Source of the DNA: the human T2T-CHM13v2.0 reference genome, Homo sapiens
Strand: one strand, 5' to 3'
NCBI RefSeq assembly: GCF_009914755.1
Contig: NC_060935.1
Length of the DNA stretch: 64,000 nucleotides
Position numbers and translations under genes: made by a program. Positions within the stretch are counted from its first letter, which is position 1, and every line of letters begins with the position of its first letter. This document shows, piece by piece, positions 42,664 through 57,094 of the stretch. The notes beneath the pieces were generated by a model, which was given only the letters and a program-made list of their open reading frames with translations, had not been told where the DNA came from and did no database searches.

Positions 42664-42795
42664 GAGCTGCTAAGCCGCACATCTCTTGAGACCCAGAAGC
42701 TCGATCTGATGACTGAAGTGTCTGAGCTGAAGCTCAAGCTGGTTGGCATGGAGAAGGAGCAGAGAGAGCAGGAGGAGAAGCAGAGAAAAGCAGAG
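42664..42795 (+). CDS. PPFIBP2: PPFIBP2 coding exon C (132 nt, phase 0-0): ELLSRTSLETQKLDLMTEVSELKLKLVGMEKEQREQEEKQRKAE
   Basis: Acceptor tttttgcttgcag ending 42663; donor GAG|gtaagg at 42796. Confidence 0.97.
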
Positions 42796-45700
42796 GTAAG
42801 GGTGAGTGTGTACTGTCCTAAGCTCAGACCTGGGAAGGCTGTCATAATGTGAATTTAGGCCATCTGGTCAACTCCCAGCCTGGAAGCTATTGGGTGCCAG
42901 AAATATCTATACACTAGAGATGCAGTGATCTGTTAATACCAAGTTATCAGGTTTTGCTGTGGCTGCAAATTTCAGCAATATCCAAACCAGCCAGTTTTGG
43001 CTCTAAGGCTTTATCTGCCCTCAAACTGCTGACAAGGATGGAAAGAGAAGCAATAGTTGGGGAAGAATAAGACAAAATGTGGAGGGACACAAGATGTCTT
43101 CTGTGAGAACCAAGGAAATGACGACGTACCGGAATGAAGTCAGCCTCCCAATAGGCCATTGACACTGGATCCAAGGAGTCTGGAAACGTTTCTTGACGTG
43201 CGTTTCACTGACCCAGATGGAACCTCGGGTGATGTGTTTCTCTTTTCCTGATGGGTCTTATGGAGCATGCCATGTGCAGGCCTTCTCTTAGAGAATGTTT
43301 TCCTAATTTTGTTTTTCAGTCTTTGTATGCCATTGGCTGGAACATGCCAGACTCTTTTTTAAATAAATGTTTAGAGAATTTTACACTCAGAGCTCCTTTG
43401 AGAGCAGGCAGCCTGTTTTAACCTTAGATAACCGTCTTCCTGTGCCTCTACCTTTAAGTTCTTCTTATATTCACACCTAGCAATGAGAGATATGAAAGAA
43501 GATAGGTTTTAGGTTTAGAAACACCTTGCTCATTTACTGACCTAACTGCTTAATAGTTCTATGAACTTCAAGCTGGCTACTTAATCTTTCTGAACTTCAA
43601 TTTCTTTATCTGGTTAAAATGGATAACTGTGTGGTAAAGTCCAAATAAAATCGTGAAAGTTAAGTACCTGTCATAGTATTTGGCATTTTGTGAGCACCTG
43701 GTATGTCTTCATCTCCTTCCTTCATTTAGGCTAAAGATGGATATTGTTCCCTTCTGATAAGTGCCAGCATTAGTGCATACTGACATCTGCCATGTTTGCT
43801 GAGTAAACACACTGGTGATTAGAATATTTCTAATGTGTGAGCATGTTCCTTGCATTGCTTTTGAGAACATGTTCATTAATTAGAAGTACAGTTGCCAAAA
43901 GAAGATATCCCCAATAAGCTGAGAACAGTAGCTTGTATTGACTAAGAGTCCAGGCTGATGAATCAGATCTCCTGGCTTTAAACTGAGCTCAGTGGCTTTG
44001 TGACCTTGGTCACGTAATTTAACTTCCCAGACCTGTTTCTTCTGTAAGATGGAGGTAGTAATACTTCCAATTTCTTTGGTTATTCTGAGGAGTGAATGAG
44101 ACAATGTATGTGGAACCCTTAGCATAGTAATAGTTAGCTTTTATTGATCACTTACTGATAGTATTGTTAAGCATGTTGGAAATGAAAATGTAGACATAGA
44201 TACATTATTTACATATTGCAAAGTTTATACAGCCTGAAAGCTAATCTGTGTGAAGTGCTAGTTGAATTAAATGTTGAGGGAGAAGTAACTGAATTTTCTT
44301 CTGGTTTGAAGTATTTTACCAATGTTTCAACCTGCACAATTGTATGTGAACATACATTAGGACTTTGGGGGCAGAATTCCATAAACTCTGTGAGAAGGCT
44401 TAAAGTGGCAGACACTCAACTCAAAGTCACTTAAGAGAAAAAGGGAGGAGAGAGACCTATGTCACATAACTTGAAAAGTCTAGTGTTTGAAAGAATACAA
44501 TATGACTAGATCCGGGTAATCTCACAGTGTCACTAGAAATTAGTCTCAGTTGTATCACCTGGTTCTGCTTTAGCCTTATTCTCAAGAAGGTTCTCCCCAG
44601 GTGGTGACAGAGATAGCCATCAGTAGCTCCGGAATGATATCCTGCCAGCCAGGCAACTTCTGCAGTCAAAGAGGTGCTTTCTCAAAGGTTCCAGCAAAAG
44701 CCTCAAGATTGCATCTCATTGGGCCACTTTGGGTCATATACCTGGTTCTACACCAGTCACCGCAGGGATCTGTGCATGAGGGGTGGGAGGTGCGAATATG
44801 AAAGTCAGCCCGTGTGTGGAAGTATACAGAGTTAGCACCAAGCTAGGATAATGCAGTCCCTTTACAGGGACATCAGAAAGGAAGGAGAGCTCCCACTTCT
44901 GGGACAAGAAGCACTAATGCAGTCATTTTACTGTTTGCTTTTTTCTTTCTTTTCTGAAGGACTATTTTTAAATCTGAATTTTTTGTTTTTGTTTTTCATC
45001 AGTCTGTTCATACATAAGGCGACGTAGACCCTGAGTGTCTGGCCTCAGTCCTACCAGATAACAGCCCTTCCCAGTTGCTAGTACAAATATTAGGTTTCCA
45101 CGTGGAGGAATTCTGTAGGCTGTTCAAACCTGTGATAATCAGTGAGCAGCCACATGGCCTGAAACAAATTCCTCGTTCTTGTAATTGCACATAATCTTTG
45201 CTGGTATGCACAGAACTTCTACCTCTATTTGTGAGTGTCTGGAGCAACCAGGGGTTTAAAACCACAGGGTACTGCTTAAGCTGCACTATTGTCATGTGCA
45301 TGGAGATGTTTATTTTGAGTGAGACATTTTGCTAAGGTCACCAGAGGTTGTAATTGCATGAATAAAGGGAACGCTGCTTCCCATACTATACTGCTGCTGT
45401 TTTTTCCAGTGAGTGTATTTAGCCTAAGGGCTCATTGTGTGTGGTTTGGAACAGGCAGGATTCTTTTTTTTTTCCCCCTCAGGTGTGAGATAGCCAGATC
45501 TGAAATACAGTTTCTCAGCTTAGCTCAGGCTTTATCCTCAAATTCTGTTTTATGTTTTAATGAAAAGAAGAGAATGCTTGTGGCAAGAGCATTGCCACCA
45601 CAATGTCACTAGAAATTAGTCTCAGTTGTATCACTTGGTTTTAGTTCTAGTTCTAATTTTAGTTCACACTGCTCCTTCTCTGATTCTGATCATAGCCCAA

Positions 45701-46499
45701 GCCAGCATCTTGCTGCTTGTTTTAAGTTGTGGAAATGATTACCGACAGTCATTCTGTAAGACCTAGGGACTTGCAGGCGCAGGTTCCTTGATGGCCAGCC
45801 TTGCTCAAGAGTGAGTAGTGGCCCAGATGAGATGTGGGTGAATACTAGGTTTCCTGTTTACCTTTTCTCATCAGCCTTTTGCAATGATTCAGGGTCATAT
45901 GAGGGTACTGAAGATTGGGTGAATTAGACGTATTCCTGAAAAGTAGGACTACAGAAGAGTGATTGACGTGGAAAGTAAATACCAAAATCAAGAGGATGAA
46001 GCATGAAAGAAAGAGATCCAGAGGTAAAGGAAAACCTCTGTGTGGACACAGATCAAAGCATTGCAAAGGCGTGTTGCTCAGATGGGCCTTCCCCAAGAAA
46101 GAAATCTGGCTTCTCCATGCTGTGGAGGTGCCAGCAACCTGCAGTTGGACCCCACTGTGGCAACTAGAGGGTTCTGTGAATAGCTATCAGAGCAGCCTGT
46201 TAAGAAGGGAGCAGGGACCCCAGATATGCTAGGAAGGGGAGTCAGCCCAACTGATCAGGGGTACACGTGAGCAAGAAGAGAACAGGGAAGAATCTTTAGG
46301 ATTTCCTGCAGAAAATGGAAACATCTCACAGCACAAGTGATGATGCCATCATTTCTTCTTCCTTGTGGTTAGGACCCTGGGAGAAAGGGATTCTGATTTC
46401 TGAACTGAGGCAACAGAGTGATGGACTTGGAACACAGAGTGAGATCTGGGAAGATTGTGTTTGCTCAGAGATGAGCTGGCCTAATAGGAGAGTTTTTTT

Positions 46500-47075
46500 A
46501 TTCTTGTTTTTATTTTCTTTATTTACTCATTTGCATCAGTGTAGGAAATATACTCCCACAATTCAAAAATCAAGTGTTCAAAAGGGTATATAGCAAAAGG
46601 TCTCTTTCAACACCTGTCCTCCAGTCAGCAGTCAGGAAGCAGTGCCATCAGTTTGTATCCGTCCAGAGTTATATTATGTGTGGACAAGTACATTCATGTG
46701 GATACACACAGACACACACACTTTCCCTCATTTTTATACAAATGTACACTATTCTAGACCTTTCTTTTTAAATTTAGCAGTCTTGGAGTTCTTTTTACAC
46801 CAAGTATGTTTTTTAAAACTTCCTCATTCATATCTATGTCTGCATATTGTTCTACCATCCAACAATAGCCTAATTTATTTAATCAGTCGTCTCTCAGTGG
46901 ACATTTAGGTGGTTTCCAAGTTTCTGCTATTACAAATAATGCTGTAGTGAATAATCTTGTATATATGTAAAGATATTGATGTGGAATTTATGGGTCAAGG
47001 AGTACATGAACTTGAAATTTTGACAGATATTTCCAAATTGCCCTCTCTAGAACATAGAGGTTATATTCCCATGAG
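46500..47075 (-). mobile_element. Old L1 (L1M-type) 3' relic
   Basis: gtggacatttaggtggtttccaagtttctgctattacaaataatgctgtagtgaataatcttgta is typical of antisense L1M 3' sequence. Confidence 0.6.
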
Positions 47076-47426
47076 CAATGTAATGTATATAAACTGAGCC
47101 TGAAAAAAGAAAGAACTAAGTAAAATTGTGTACAAGATTAACAGGTAAGATGGAATTGGAAACAACTGTGATTATGGGAGGTGCCCAGTAGTTTCACATA
47201 GAAAAGAACCATAAAGAAGAACTTTAATGGTTGGCAAAGTGTGATTAAAAAACAAAGTGAGCTGAGGTTAAAACACAGGACAGCAATTATAACCTCATAA
47301 ATGCCACCTAGACATCATGATGTGGAACCCAGAATGGAACAGAGCTACAAAAGGGTCTGCTTTATGGGAGGGAAACAGACCTGTTAGGAGGTGGGCCAGC
47401 CCTGGAGATAAAGAATTATGAAGCTA

Positions 47427-47737
<311 letters not shown>

Positions 47738-48299
47738 CTAAGTTGAAATGCCAAGCCTGTGGACAGACATACCAGAAAACAATGACAACACATGGCTCAG
47801 GAGAATTAAGGCAGAGTAGCCCAGAAGTTTTGGGTACACCACACACTGAGCAGAGGGATGAAAATAGATGTGTTCCTGATGCAGGTCTCCAAACTGACTG
47901 ATGCACACAAGGGGCAGTAATGGAGGGAGGGGAGTAGCAACCTATTTGTTAGCTCCTAAATATCTCCCAGCTGAATTCTGAAGCATTTGAATGTTTACTT
48001 GTTTGTTTTTCTCACTTGCTTTCACTCTACTCAGAGGGTAGAAGACAAAACTAGGAAAACTGCCTTTCTAGCTCCAACATTGAAGCAAAAGGAGAAACTG
48101 GTTTATGAAGTAAAAGTGATAGGTACCTTGAGAGAAAGTGGTCATTGTTATTTGAATGTTCACGAGAGTGAGCATGGAAAAACTAGGCATAAACAGACAT
48201 GCACTGTAGACTTGGGTAAATCATAACTCTGACAATTTAAAAATAAAATGGATGGGGAACTGTCGAATAGAGGAAGACCCAAGAATATTGAACTACTTA

Positions 48300-48775
48300 A
48301 ATATAATTCTGACTGTGCAATCTCACAGATAATACCAATAAAAAGGAAGAGTTTAGAGGTCTCTTGAAAGGAAGTAGTTTTCAGAGGGGCTTCTACAAAA
48401 GGCAGAAAGGACATATGCTAAAGACAAAAGTGCACCTGCATGACCAGTGTCAGGAAGGGGACATCCGAAACTAAAGGACAATGCTGAGGACAACACAAAG
48501 CCATACACACACATACACACGCACACACAAACACCCACACACAGTTATGTTCTTAAAAAGAAAAAATGGACTTGATTCCATGGATGCCTCTGACAGATAC
48601 AAAAAATTTAGGACAATAGTCCCCCAAAGTGCTTGCTATAAGTTAATTTTAAGGAATCAGGAAAATCAAATGAGTTGCTAGAAAACTGGAAATGAACCAT
48701 TTCCTTCTTGATTTTCAAAATGGCAAAAGTTTGATAGATTCAGTAAATTTTAGTCTGTTGAGTTTGGGGCCAACT
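48300..48775 (+). mobile_element. CR1/L3 LINE ORF2 fossil
   Basis: Decayed KLKDNAEDNTK, ELLENWK*TISFLIFK and DSVNFSLLSL resemble recalled CR1 motifs LARDVKDNKK, EVPEDWRKANVTPIFK and DPGNYRPVSL. Confidence 0.5.
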
Positions 48776-49484
48776 CTATGATGGTTTGCAAGAAGGGAGG
48801 AGACAAAGTAGGGATCCGTGTCCTCAAGGAGTGAGTCTCGTCAGATTGGCCTTATCGGTTTGGCCGGGAATGTGTCGTGTGGTAGACCAGGTAAATCCAC
48901 ATTTCAGTGAAGTGTTGCAAAAACGTTGCTTGAGATAATCTTGTAGACAGGATGGAGGAATAGAAGATGAATATACTGAAATAGGCATATTGATGCCTGA
49001 GTTCAGGGTTTGGGTACATATTGTCATGGATAAGTGTGATGTGTGCCATATGTCCCCTGTGCATAGGTGCTGACACGTTGGGTGTTTGGGTAAGGGGAGT
49101 CGGTGTGTGTATCATGCATATGTGGAGAGAGGACGTGTTTGTGTGTGTGCCCCAGTGTGCACCCATCTCTGCTATTGCTTCTGCTTGGATGAAGAGTTTC
49201 TTCTAGACTCCATGCCTCGGTGTTGACACAACAATATGGCACAAAGGAGCTGTTGGGGATTTGTTCGAACTGCAAGACAGGCATCTGGATGGGGCAGGCC
49301 TGAGGAAAAATGCCATGTCTTTTGGTTCTGTTGTGGAAAGTGGAGGGCCGTCGACAGTGACCACTGAGTGCCACCTGCTCCCTGCCCCATGCACACTTCC
49401 TCTGTGCTGTTCTCTTAAGGAGTTCTGCGTCTGAGAGCTGTCTGACCTGGAGTGCTTTTCTCTTCTTTCTTTTCCTTCCTACAG

Positions 49485-49745
49485 TCGGTTCTGAATGTGA
49501 TCAGTGAGCTGCAGGAGCAGATGTGTAGGCTGCAGCTGGACATCCACAGGCAGATTCAAGAGCGCCTGTTACTCAGTAGGGACCACCCTGAGGAGGTGGC
49601 GGCCAGCGACGGTGTGGCCGAGCCCCAGCCCTGCAGCCAGGACTGTGCCTGTTGGGAGGGGTCACCTGTAGGAACCACACTTAAGTATATCAGAGCATGC
49701 GTGTGTGGGGCATTTCACTGGTGGAGGGGCTGGGGTTTCTCCTAA
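49485..49745 (+). CDS. PPFIBP2: Putative alternative (terminal, cassette or poison) exon: SVLNVISELQEQMCRLQLDIHRQIQERL...WGFS-stop
   Basis: Very strong acceptor (ctttt...ttccttcctacag), phase 0 after exon C, clear heptad pattern, locally CpG-rich; the 3' end is uncertain. Confidence 0.6.
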   Translation, partial: SVLNVISELQEQMCRLQLDIHRQIQERLLLSRDHPEEVAASDGVAEPQPCSQDCACWEGSPVGTTLKYIRACVCGAFHWWRGWGFS

Positions 49746-51054
49746 CCAGAACAGAGTGCAGTGGCTTGGCATGGATCTGTTGTTACCTCTGGGCAGAGCT
49801 TGGACTCACTCAATCCTCTTGGGATGTGAGGTGAGCTCAGTGACCCTCACTGAGCAGGGTCTGAGCAGGTGAGGCCAACCCTCAAACAGGTGGCACTCAT
49901 CTCCTTTAGGGCTGGGAATGAGGTGCACCAGGTGCTCCGAGTGATGGGGCATTTGTGCCACAGGAAGCCTCATGATTCCCCTTCTCAGGTATGTGACTCA
50001 GATACTGATTCCTCTTCCCAGGCTGGGAGATTAAACAAACTTTTGTTTCACATGATTTTTTTTTTAAGGAAAAGAAGTATTATGAAAAAGAATCCTTTCA
50101 AGTTTATGTTCAAAGAGGTTTACCCCCAGTGAAAAAATAAAATACAAGTTTTCATATGCTGTGAATAATTAAGTCATCATCTGAATTTCCAGGAAAAATC
50201 CCCCCCACATAATCACATCAGGGTGATTTTATAACAACAGGGCCATGTGGGGCTCTATCTGACTGGGATTCTGGACTTGGCTCTCCACACGGGGGTAACC
50301 TGGTCCTCTGTGACTTTGCTGATGGCAGGTGATGGCAGCTTCAGCAGAGATAACCCTATGCCTCGAAGGAGGCCTCCTGTTGAAGAGGACTTGGAAGCCC
50401 CCCAAGAAAAGACCGAGGTCACAGCAGCCATGAGTACTACAGAGGATACCCTGGCTCTGTAGGAAGTTACTATGGTCCATACTCAATTAGGGAGCCTGTT
50501 GAAAATCTAGACATAGGTGTTGCGGGAAGGGATTTGGTTGGAAAGATTTCCTGCTGCATTAAAGGACAGGGGGGAAATAGGAAAGTCAAGATGTAAATGT
50601 AGACTTGGATAGAGAAGCCTTGAGAGGGTGTTGGCGCATGACCTATGTTGAGTAGGTTACTCCAGCAAGACTTTTAAAGGAAGGAAAAACGTGTGTGTAC
50701 TAATGTTGGTAGTCAATGATGGACAACAAGTAACATAGAAGGAAGAGGATGTTCCAGAGGTCACGGAGCCTGGAGAGGATGATTTCTGTATACCCACAGT
50801 GGCAGCCCCTCAGGCAGTAGGAACCTGCACACTTCTGATTCTGATATCAGCTGGCCTGACACCCTCTCCAACAAACTGAGTAACCTGGCTAGGATACAAG
50901 GCTGAGCAGAAGAACCCTCAACTTGTGGGCATTGGAGCCTCTCAGGCAGGGCCAATAATGTCCTCAGAGAATGATTCTGGGTCTGCTGCAAGTCAAAGCA
51001 GGTATCTGAGGCCTTGACATCCAGTGATGCAGATCATGGATGCAATAACCTTAG

Positions 51055-51330
<276 letters not shown>

Positions 51331-51439
51331 TAAAAAATGACCCTACAAAATTCAAGGGTAAGCAATGTCAACTTTGTGGTGGATTATCTCAGAAGGCCAA
51401 GACCTCCAGGCCAGTTAAATAATGACTTAAGTTTCATGT

Positions 51440-52300
51440 GTGCATTCATTGACAAATAGTATACACCTACTATGTGCCAGGCACTGCAGGATAATCAGAG
51501 GTTAGCAAATACCTCATGGAGTTTACAGTTTAGTAGGAGAGCTAGCTATTAGCTGTCATACAAATAAATATTTAATTGCAAATTATGTAGGAGGTACACA
51601 GAGTACAACAAGAGAATATAGCAGAGGGGCCTGATATAGTAGGGAGGTCAGGATAGCTTTACTCAGGGAGACCTGAAGGATGGGCAGGAGTTAACCTGGC
51701 AGAAAATTCCAGACAGAGGGAATGTTGTCTGCGAAGACCTAAGTTGGAGAGAGGAACTGAAAATTATCCATGTGGCTAGAGCATAACTAGGGAGAAAGAG
51801 TGATCCAAGAGGCAGGCAGGGAGCTGTCAGGTCACGGGTTGAAGTTTATGAGCTTTGAGAAGCATGGGAGTGCCATGATCTGATGTATGGTTTGATCATA
51901 TCACTCCCCCAGATGCCATGGGGTCAGTTGCTTTGAGAGGAGCAAGACAACAGAGGAGCAACCAATGAATTGACTGTCCAGGCTGTCAGTGCTAATTGCT
52001 AGACCAGAGTGGTGGTGCCTGAGTGGGAAAGAAATGAGACATTCAAGTTGTTTTCCTGGAAGTAGAATTAATAAAGCTTGGGGACGAATTGCATACATAG
52101 AGGAGGAAGGACAGGGAGATGCAGAGGATAGATCCTATGTTTCTGGATAGGCCGTTAGATAGATGGATATGGCATTTAGTGAGATGAGAGTAACTAGGAG
52201 GGGAGTTGAGCATTCCACTTGGCACCTGACAGTCCGGAGGTGCCTATGCAGCATCCATGTGATGTTAAGTAGGAAGTTTGTTGTGTGAGACTGCAGTTCA
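51440..52300 (-). mobile_element. L2 LINE 3' relic
   Basis: cattcatt...cctactatgtgccaggcactg start and L2-like purine-rich body. Confidence 0.55.
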
Positions 52301-53307
52301 GAAAGCCTATGGAAATAATTATCTTTATGCCAGTTCTTCTGATGGGAGCTAGTCAGCAGGACCAATTGTCTGTTAAGGAAATCTTGGTTCAAGATAACAG
52401 TGCTTAGTGGAGTCATCTTTATAGAAGGAGTAGTTTCACAAACAAGGGTCCTAGAGTCAGAATATATGGGCTTGAATTCCAGCTCCACCACTTACTAGCT
52501 AAATGAGTAAGAGAAAATTGTTTGTGTCACTTCCCCACTCAGCAACCTTCAGTGACTCCCTACTGCCCAAAGAATGGCATCGGAACTCATCATGTGTATT
52601 CTCATCCTCAAGCCTTTACCTTAGGGCCTCACCTTAACTTCCCAGCCTCATCTTCCACTGTATGCCTACACCCTCAGCTCTAGCCGCATGAGTTATCTCC
52701 CTTTCTGTCTCCTATCTTTACTCCTCCCTGGATGCCTTCTCCCTCCCTTCTTTCTTCAAATCAATCTCTTCCTCTGAACTGGAACACCCATTTTGGCATC
52801 TATATTTGGCCCTTAACATTTGTTCCCTTAGGGTTCCTCTATGAGGCCTTTCAGGATCACAGGCCCCCTCTTCTATCTTCCTTCACTCCCAGCACAGAGA
52901 GATGCTCCCAATTAGCCTGCTTTCTACTACTTTGCATCACAGGGAAGAAGCTGCCTCATTTCAGCATCTCTATTCTTCCCACTCCGAAGCCTCGCCTGCC
53001 TGCCTATACTCATGTGGGTGATGTTGGCATACCCCACAGAGGACATAGATGTCAGAGAAAGGGGCAGGCAGAACAGGTTCTAAAACTAAAAGGAAAGTTT
53101 TCACTTTCTTATGTCTGGAACTCCCTGGCCTTTGTTTTTTAACGGCCATACAGCTTTCCTGAAACAAGGGACGTGTTTAAAGATTAAAGCTGTTATGTGG
53201 AGCTTGATGTGGTTGCTGCACCCCATATGCATGAGCTTAACCAGGTTGGTAAATCAAGAGCACATCTTTTAACCATCAGAACTTTGTCTTTCTCCCTCAT
53301 CCCCTAG

Positions 53308-53400
53308 GAGTTACTGCAAGAGCTCAGGCACCTCAAAATCAAAGTGGAAGAGTTGGAAAATGAAAGGAATCAGTATGAATGGAAGCTAAAGGCCACTAAG
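53308..53400 (+). CDS. PPFIBP2: PPFIBP2 coding exon D (93 nt, phase 0-0): ELLQELRHLKIKVEELENERNQYEWKLKATK
   Basis: Pyrimidine tract and cctag acceptor ending 53307; donor AAG|gtaaac at 53401. Confidence 0.96.
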
Positions 53401-54397
53401 GTAAACGGCACTCCTGATGCTTATGGAGAGAGTATGAGGGCCTTGTGGGGAGGGTCTGCATTCCAACTTGGGGGTTTCCAGTAGCCTAAGTTTGAAAATG
53501 CAAATCAACCCTCCAGTGTGGACACACAGCAGTGCCCAGATGGTGCAGCAGACAGACTTGATCCAGGAAAGATCCTCATGGAGAATGCCCGTGAGATTAT
53601 GAATTGGTCAATTGTAGTAACCCAGTCTGCTTCCTCTCCCTGCACCCCATAGCACCTGGCTGAAGCTGGGCCAAGAAGGGGCTAGGAGTGGGGAGAGCAG
53701 GTGAGTGGCAGGCAGTGAATCATGCGTCCTAAAGCAGATCTTGGATGCATCATTTTAAATTCAGTAGTCCCTTCTAGAATCAGTTTTTCAAAAAAATAGG
53801 CATGCTTTATATTTGGCACAAAATATATTCCTAAAAATGGCATAAACTTCGAATTATTTCTTCAATCAAATCATGTTTCTCTTAAACTAGGGAGCCTGCA
53901 ATTTAAAGGACACCAATAATAAATTCTATTGTGAAATAAATTTCTTCCCTGTCCCCTTTGTTTCTTCCTTCTTTTCCTATACTAAAGTGCAGAGATCAAA
54001 ACTAGTGGGTTACATTCAGCCCATGAATTTTTTTGGCCTGCACATTGGATTTTAAAACGTTAAATTGTTATTTAAATTTCAGGAAGTTTACATTAGGCTA
54101 CAGTTAGGTTTCCTTTGGGAGTATGGGGAGGTGGGAGGCTCACACCTGCCTTCCCCTACTGTGTCTGCAGTGCCACCCAAGGGCATTACTGGATGTTTTT
54201 ATTAGAGTTTTCTTAACTTCTAGTTTGTATTTTTATTTTTTGTGCAAGTTAGTTGCTAATTATTATAAAAACAATAACACACACTATAGAGAATTTTCAA
54301 ACCCTAAAAAATTAAAGGAATAAAAAGCACTCATACCACCCAGGCACTACCATTGCTAATATTTCCTTCCGTGTATTATTCTCTTCTGTTTTAGGTC

Positions 54398-54791
54398 TGT
54401 GTTAGGCCATTCTTGCATTGCTACAGGTAAATAGCTTAGACTAGGTAATTTATAAAGAAGAGGTTTAATTGGCTCAGGGTACTGCAGGTTTTACAGGAAG
54501 CATGGTGGTCACATCTGCTCAGCTTCTAGTGAAGCCTCAGGGAGTTTTCAATCATGGCAGAAGGAAAAAGCAGGAGCAAGTGAGAGAAAGGAGAGGAGGT
54601 GCCACAAACTTTTAAACCACCAGATCTCGTGAGAACTCACTCACAGTTGCGAGGACAGCACCAAGAGGGTGGTGCCACCATTCATGAGAAATCTATCCCC
54701 ATGATCCATTCACCTCCTACCAGGGCCCACCTCCAATATCGGGGATTACAATTCAACATGAGATTTGGCAGGAACAAATATTCAAACATCA
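54398..54791 (-). mobile_element. MSTA-like MaLR solo LTR
   Basis: TG...CA ends, 5-bp TSD aggtc/gggtc, MST hallmarks (ggtaatttataaag, cagatctcgtgagaactcactcac, caacatgagatttgg). Confidence 0.88.
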
Positions 54792-57094
54792 GGGTCTCTC
54801 TATCTCAGTGTCTCTGTCTCTTAATTTTTATTGTTGATAATTTACATGCAATTTTATAACATGCTGTTACTTAAAATTTTATGACTTCTCATGTTATCAA
54901 AAGAAAGCACTGAACATATATAAATATTTATGTAATCTAGTGTATAAATATAAAATCATTTGATTAACCATTTTACAGATAATGAAATGGATGTACAGAG
55001 AGATTAACTTTCCCAAGATTTTACAGCTATTTGGTACCAAGCCTGGGCAGTCAGACCCATCTGTGTCCTGGCCTGTGTGTATCTGAGTGTAGTTTTGTAT
55101 GTGCATGCTTCACAGGCACCAGCTCTAGGGGCACTGGTTTTGTCCAGTAGCTCAGAACCTTCCATCACAACACCCCACTCAAACAAGCCCTGTCTTGGGG
55201 AAACCTTTGAAGTTGTACATACCGCCCTCTGTCATAAAACCAAATAACACTTTTCTTTTTAACACCCCAGCTCTTTGTCTTGGCATGTAGACCTTTGAGA
55301 TGCTAAGGGTTATTTAATAACTACCAGGTGTGGAGCACTTCCTATGTGCCAGAATGTACCAAGCTATTTGCACACATTTTATCATCCATAAAATCACCCA
55401 GTGAGGTATATGTTTTTTTATTCTCACTTGACTGGGAAGGAAACAGAGGCTCAGCGTGGCCAAGCTGAGGTTCACATCTGGGTCTCTGTCATTCCCGTGC
55501 CTTCATGCTGTTTCCAACATCATCCTGATTCCCTGCAGAGAAAACCAGCACTGTTTTTGGAAGTTTTTCACTTTTCTGCTTCAGGCCTCTCAGTCTCTGA
55601 AGGGGATTCATCTCCCAGTGCAATGGCAGTAGGGCATGGTCCCTGGGTTTAATGAGGCACAGCACTTGCAGGGACCCAGAGCATCCGTCTCTGCCCAACT
55701 GCCTGTCTGCATAGCTATCTCAGACCTTGTGCCACACAGCCCTAGCCATGGTGACTGTGGCCATAGGAACAGTGGCAGTAGCATACACAGTCAAGTAGAA
55801 GGTCTCTGGACTGTTCTTGGCCTTCCCAACTGCGGAGACAGAGATCGCTCAAAGGATAACAGAGCACCTATAGTTTCTGGCCTATTTCTGTGGAAATTGG
55901 CACAAGGCAGGTTGGGCCCAGTCACTTGGTCTGTAGGGTCCATGGTATATACCTACAGGACCTCCCATAGAGGCAGGGCTCAGGAAGGAGAGCCCTCATA
56001 GTGCCACGTGCTAGATTCTCTCTTGATCGGTCCACATTGCTGAATTCCCAACTGTGGGGCCAGCAGACAAGCATCAGGTATCCAGATTTCTAACAGAGAC
56101 GAGTGCCCATCCTGTCCACAAAGAAAGGGAGAAATGGGCATGGAGAGGTGCAAGAAAAGTTAAAGGAATATCTTTCAAGAATCATCTGGCCTTTGTAGAA
56201 ATGGAGGTTGAGAGTCCCAAAGCTAATATCTTCAGAAGCCATTGTCACCATGAGTCATAAGCCCATGGGCATCTTTGCCCTGAGTGAGCTCTGATAAACT
56301 GCTCCATAGCTGCATGTCTCAGAAAGTGGGTTACACAGCAGGACCCAGCTCTTGGCCTCTGTGAGTGGAGCCCAGAGTGGAGGGACAGTGCTTCATTATG
56401 AACTTTGGAATAAGGAAACCCTACCCCTTGTCATCTCTTTATATGGTCATCCCTGTCCCATTTGGGGGATGTTAGGGAAGGTTATTCAGAAACCCTTGCG
56501 GTGGGCTGAGGGAGCCCAAGCCTGGTAAGAGTGGCCTTCATCTGTCCTGTTAACTCAGAAGCAGACACACGGTGGTGGGTGGAGCCCTGACATTGGAGCA
56601 GGCAGGCCAGGGTTTGCATCCTGGCCTGGTCACCAAGTAGCTCTGTGACTGACACAGAATCTTGTACTACTCCCGTTTTCTCCCTGATGACTTACGGAGA
56701 TATTGTTTCCTCGGGTGGTTGCTTGTGAGGATTTGATGTAAGAAAGCAGTGAGCACGGGGGCTGATCAGGGTGCGTGCTCAGTCCATGCGCTGAAACTGA
56801 ACACAAGGCCTGTCCAGCAACAGAGTTGCCAACAGGGCCAGTACTCATTTAATTACTTGGGGTTGGTCAGATATTAACTTGGGCCTTTGTGGAATTGAAC
56901 AGCCCATACTATAACCTTGAGGACCAAAGTGGGACATGATTGGGCCAACACATGGGGAAGGGGTGGCCAGAGGAGAAGCCTTTGCTGTCTTTTATTGACC
57001 GGCTCCACGGTCGATGCTCATCCCTTTTCTTACCTGGTTTGATGCTGAGAGAATTGAACCGATTATCCACAAAGAAAAGAATAGGATGAGAGGA

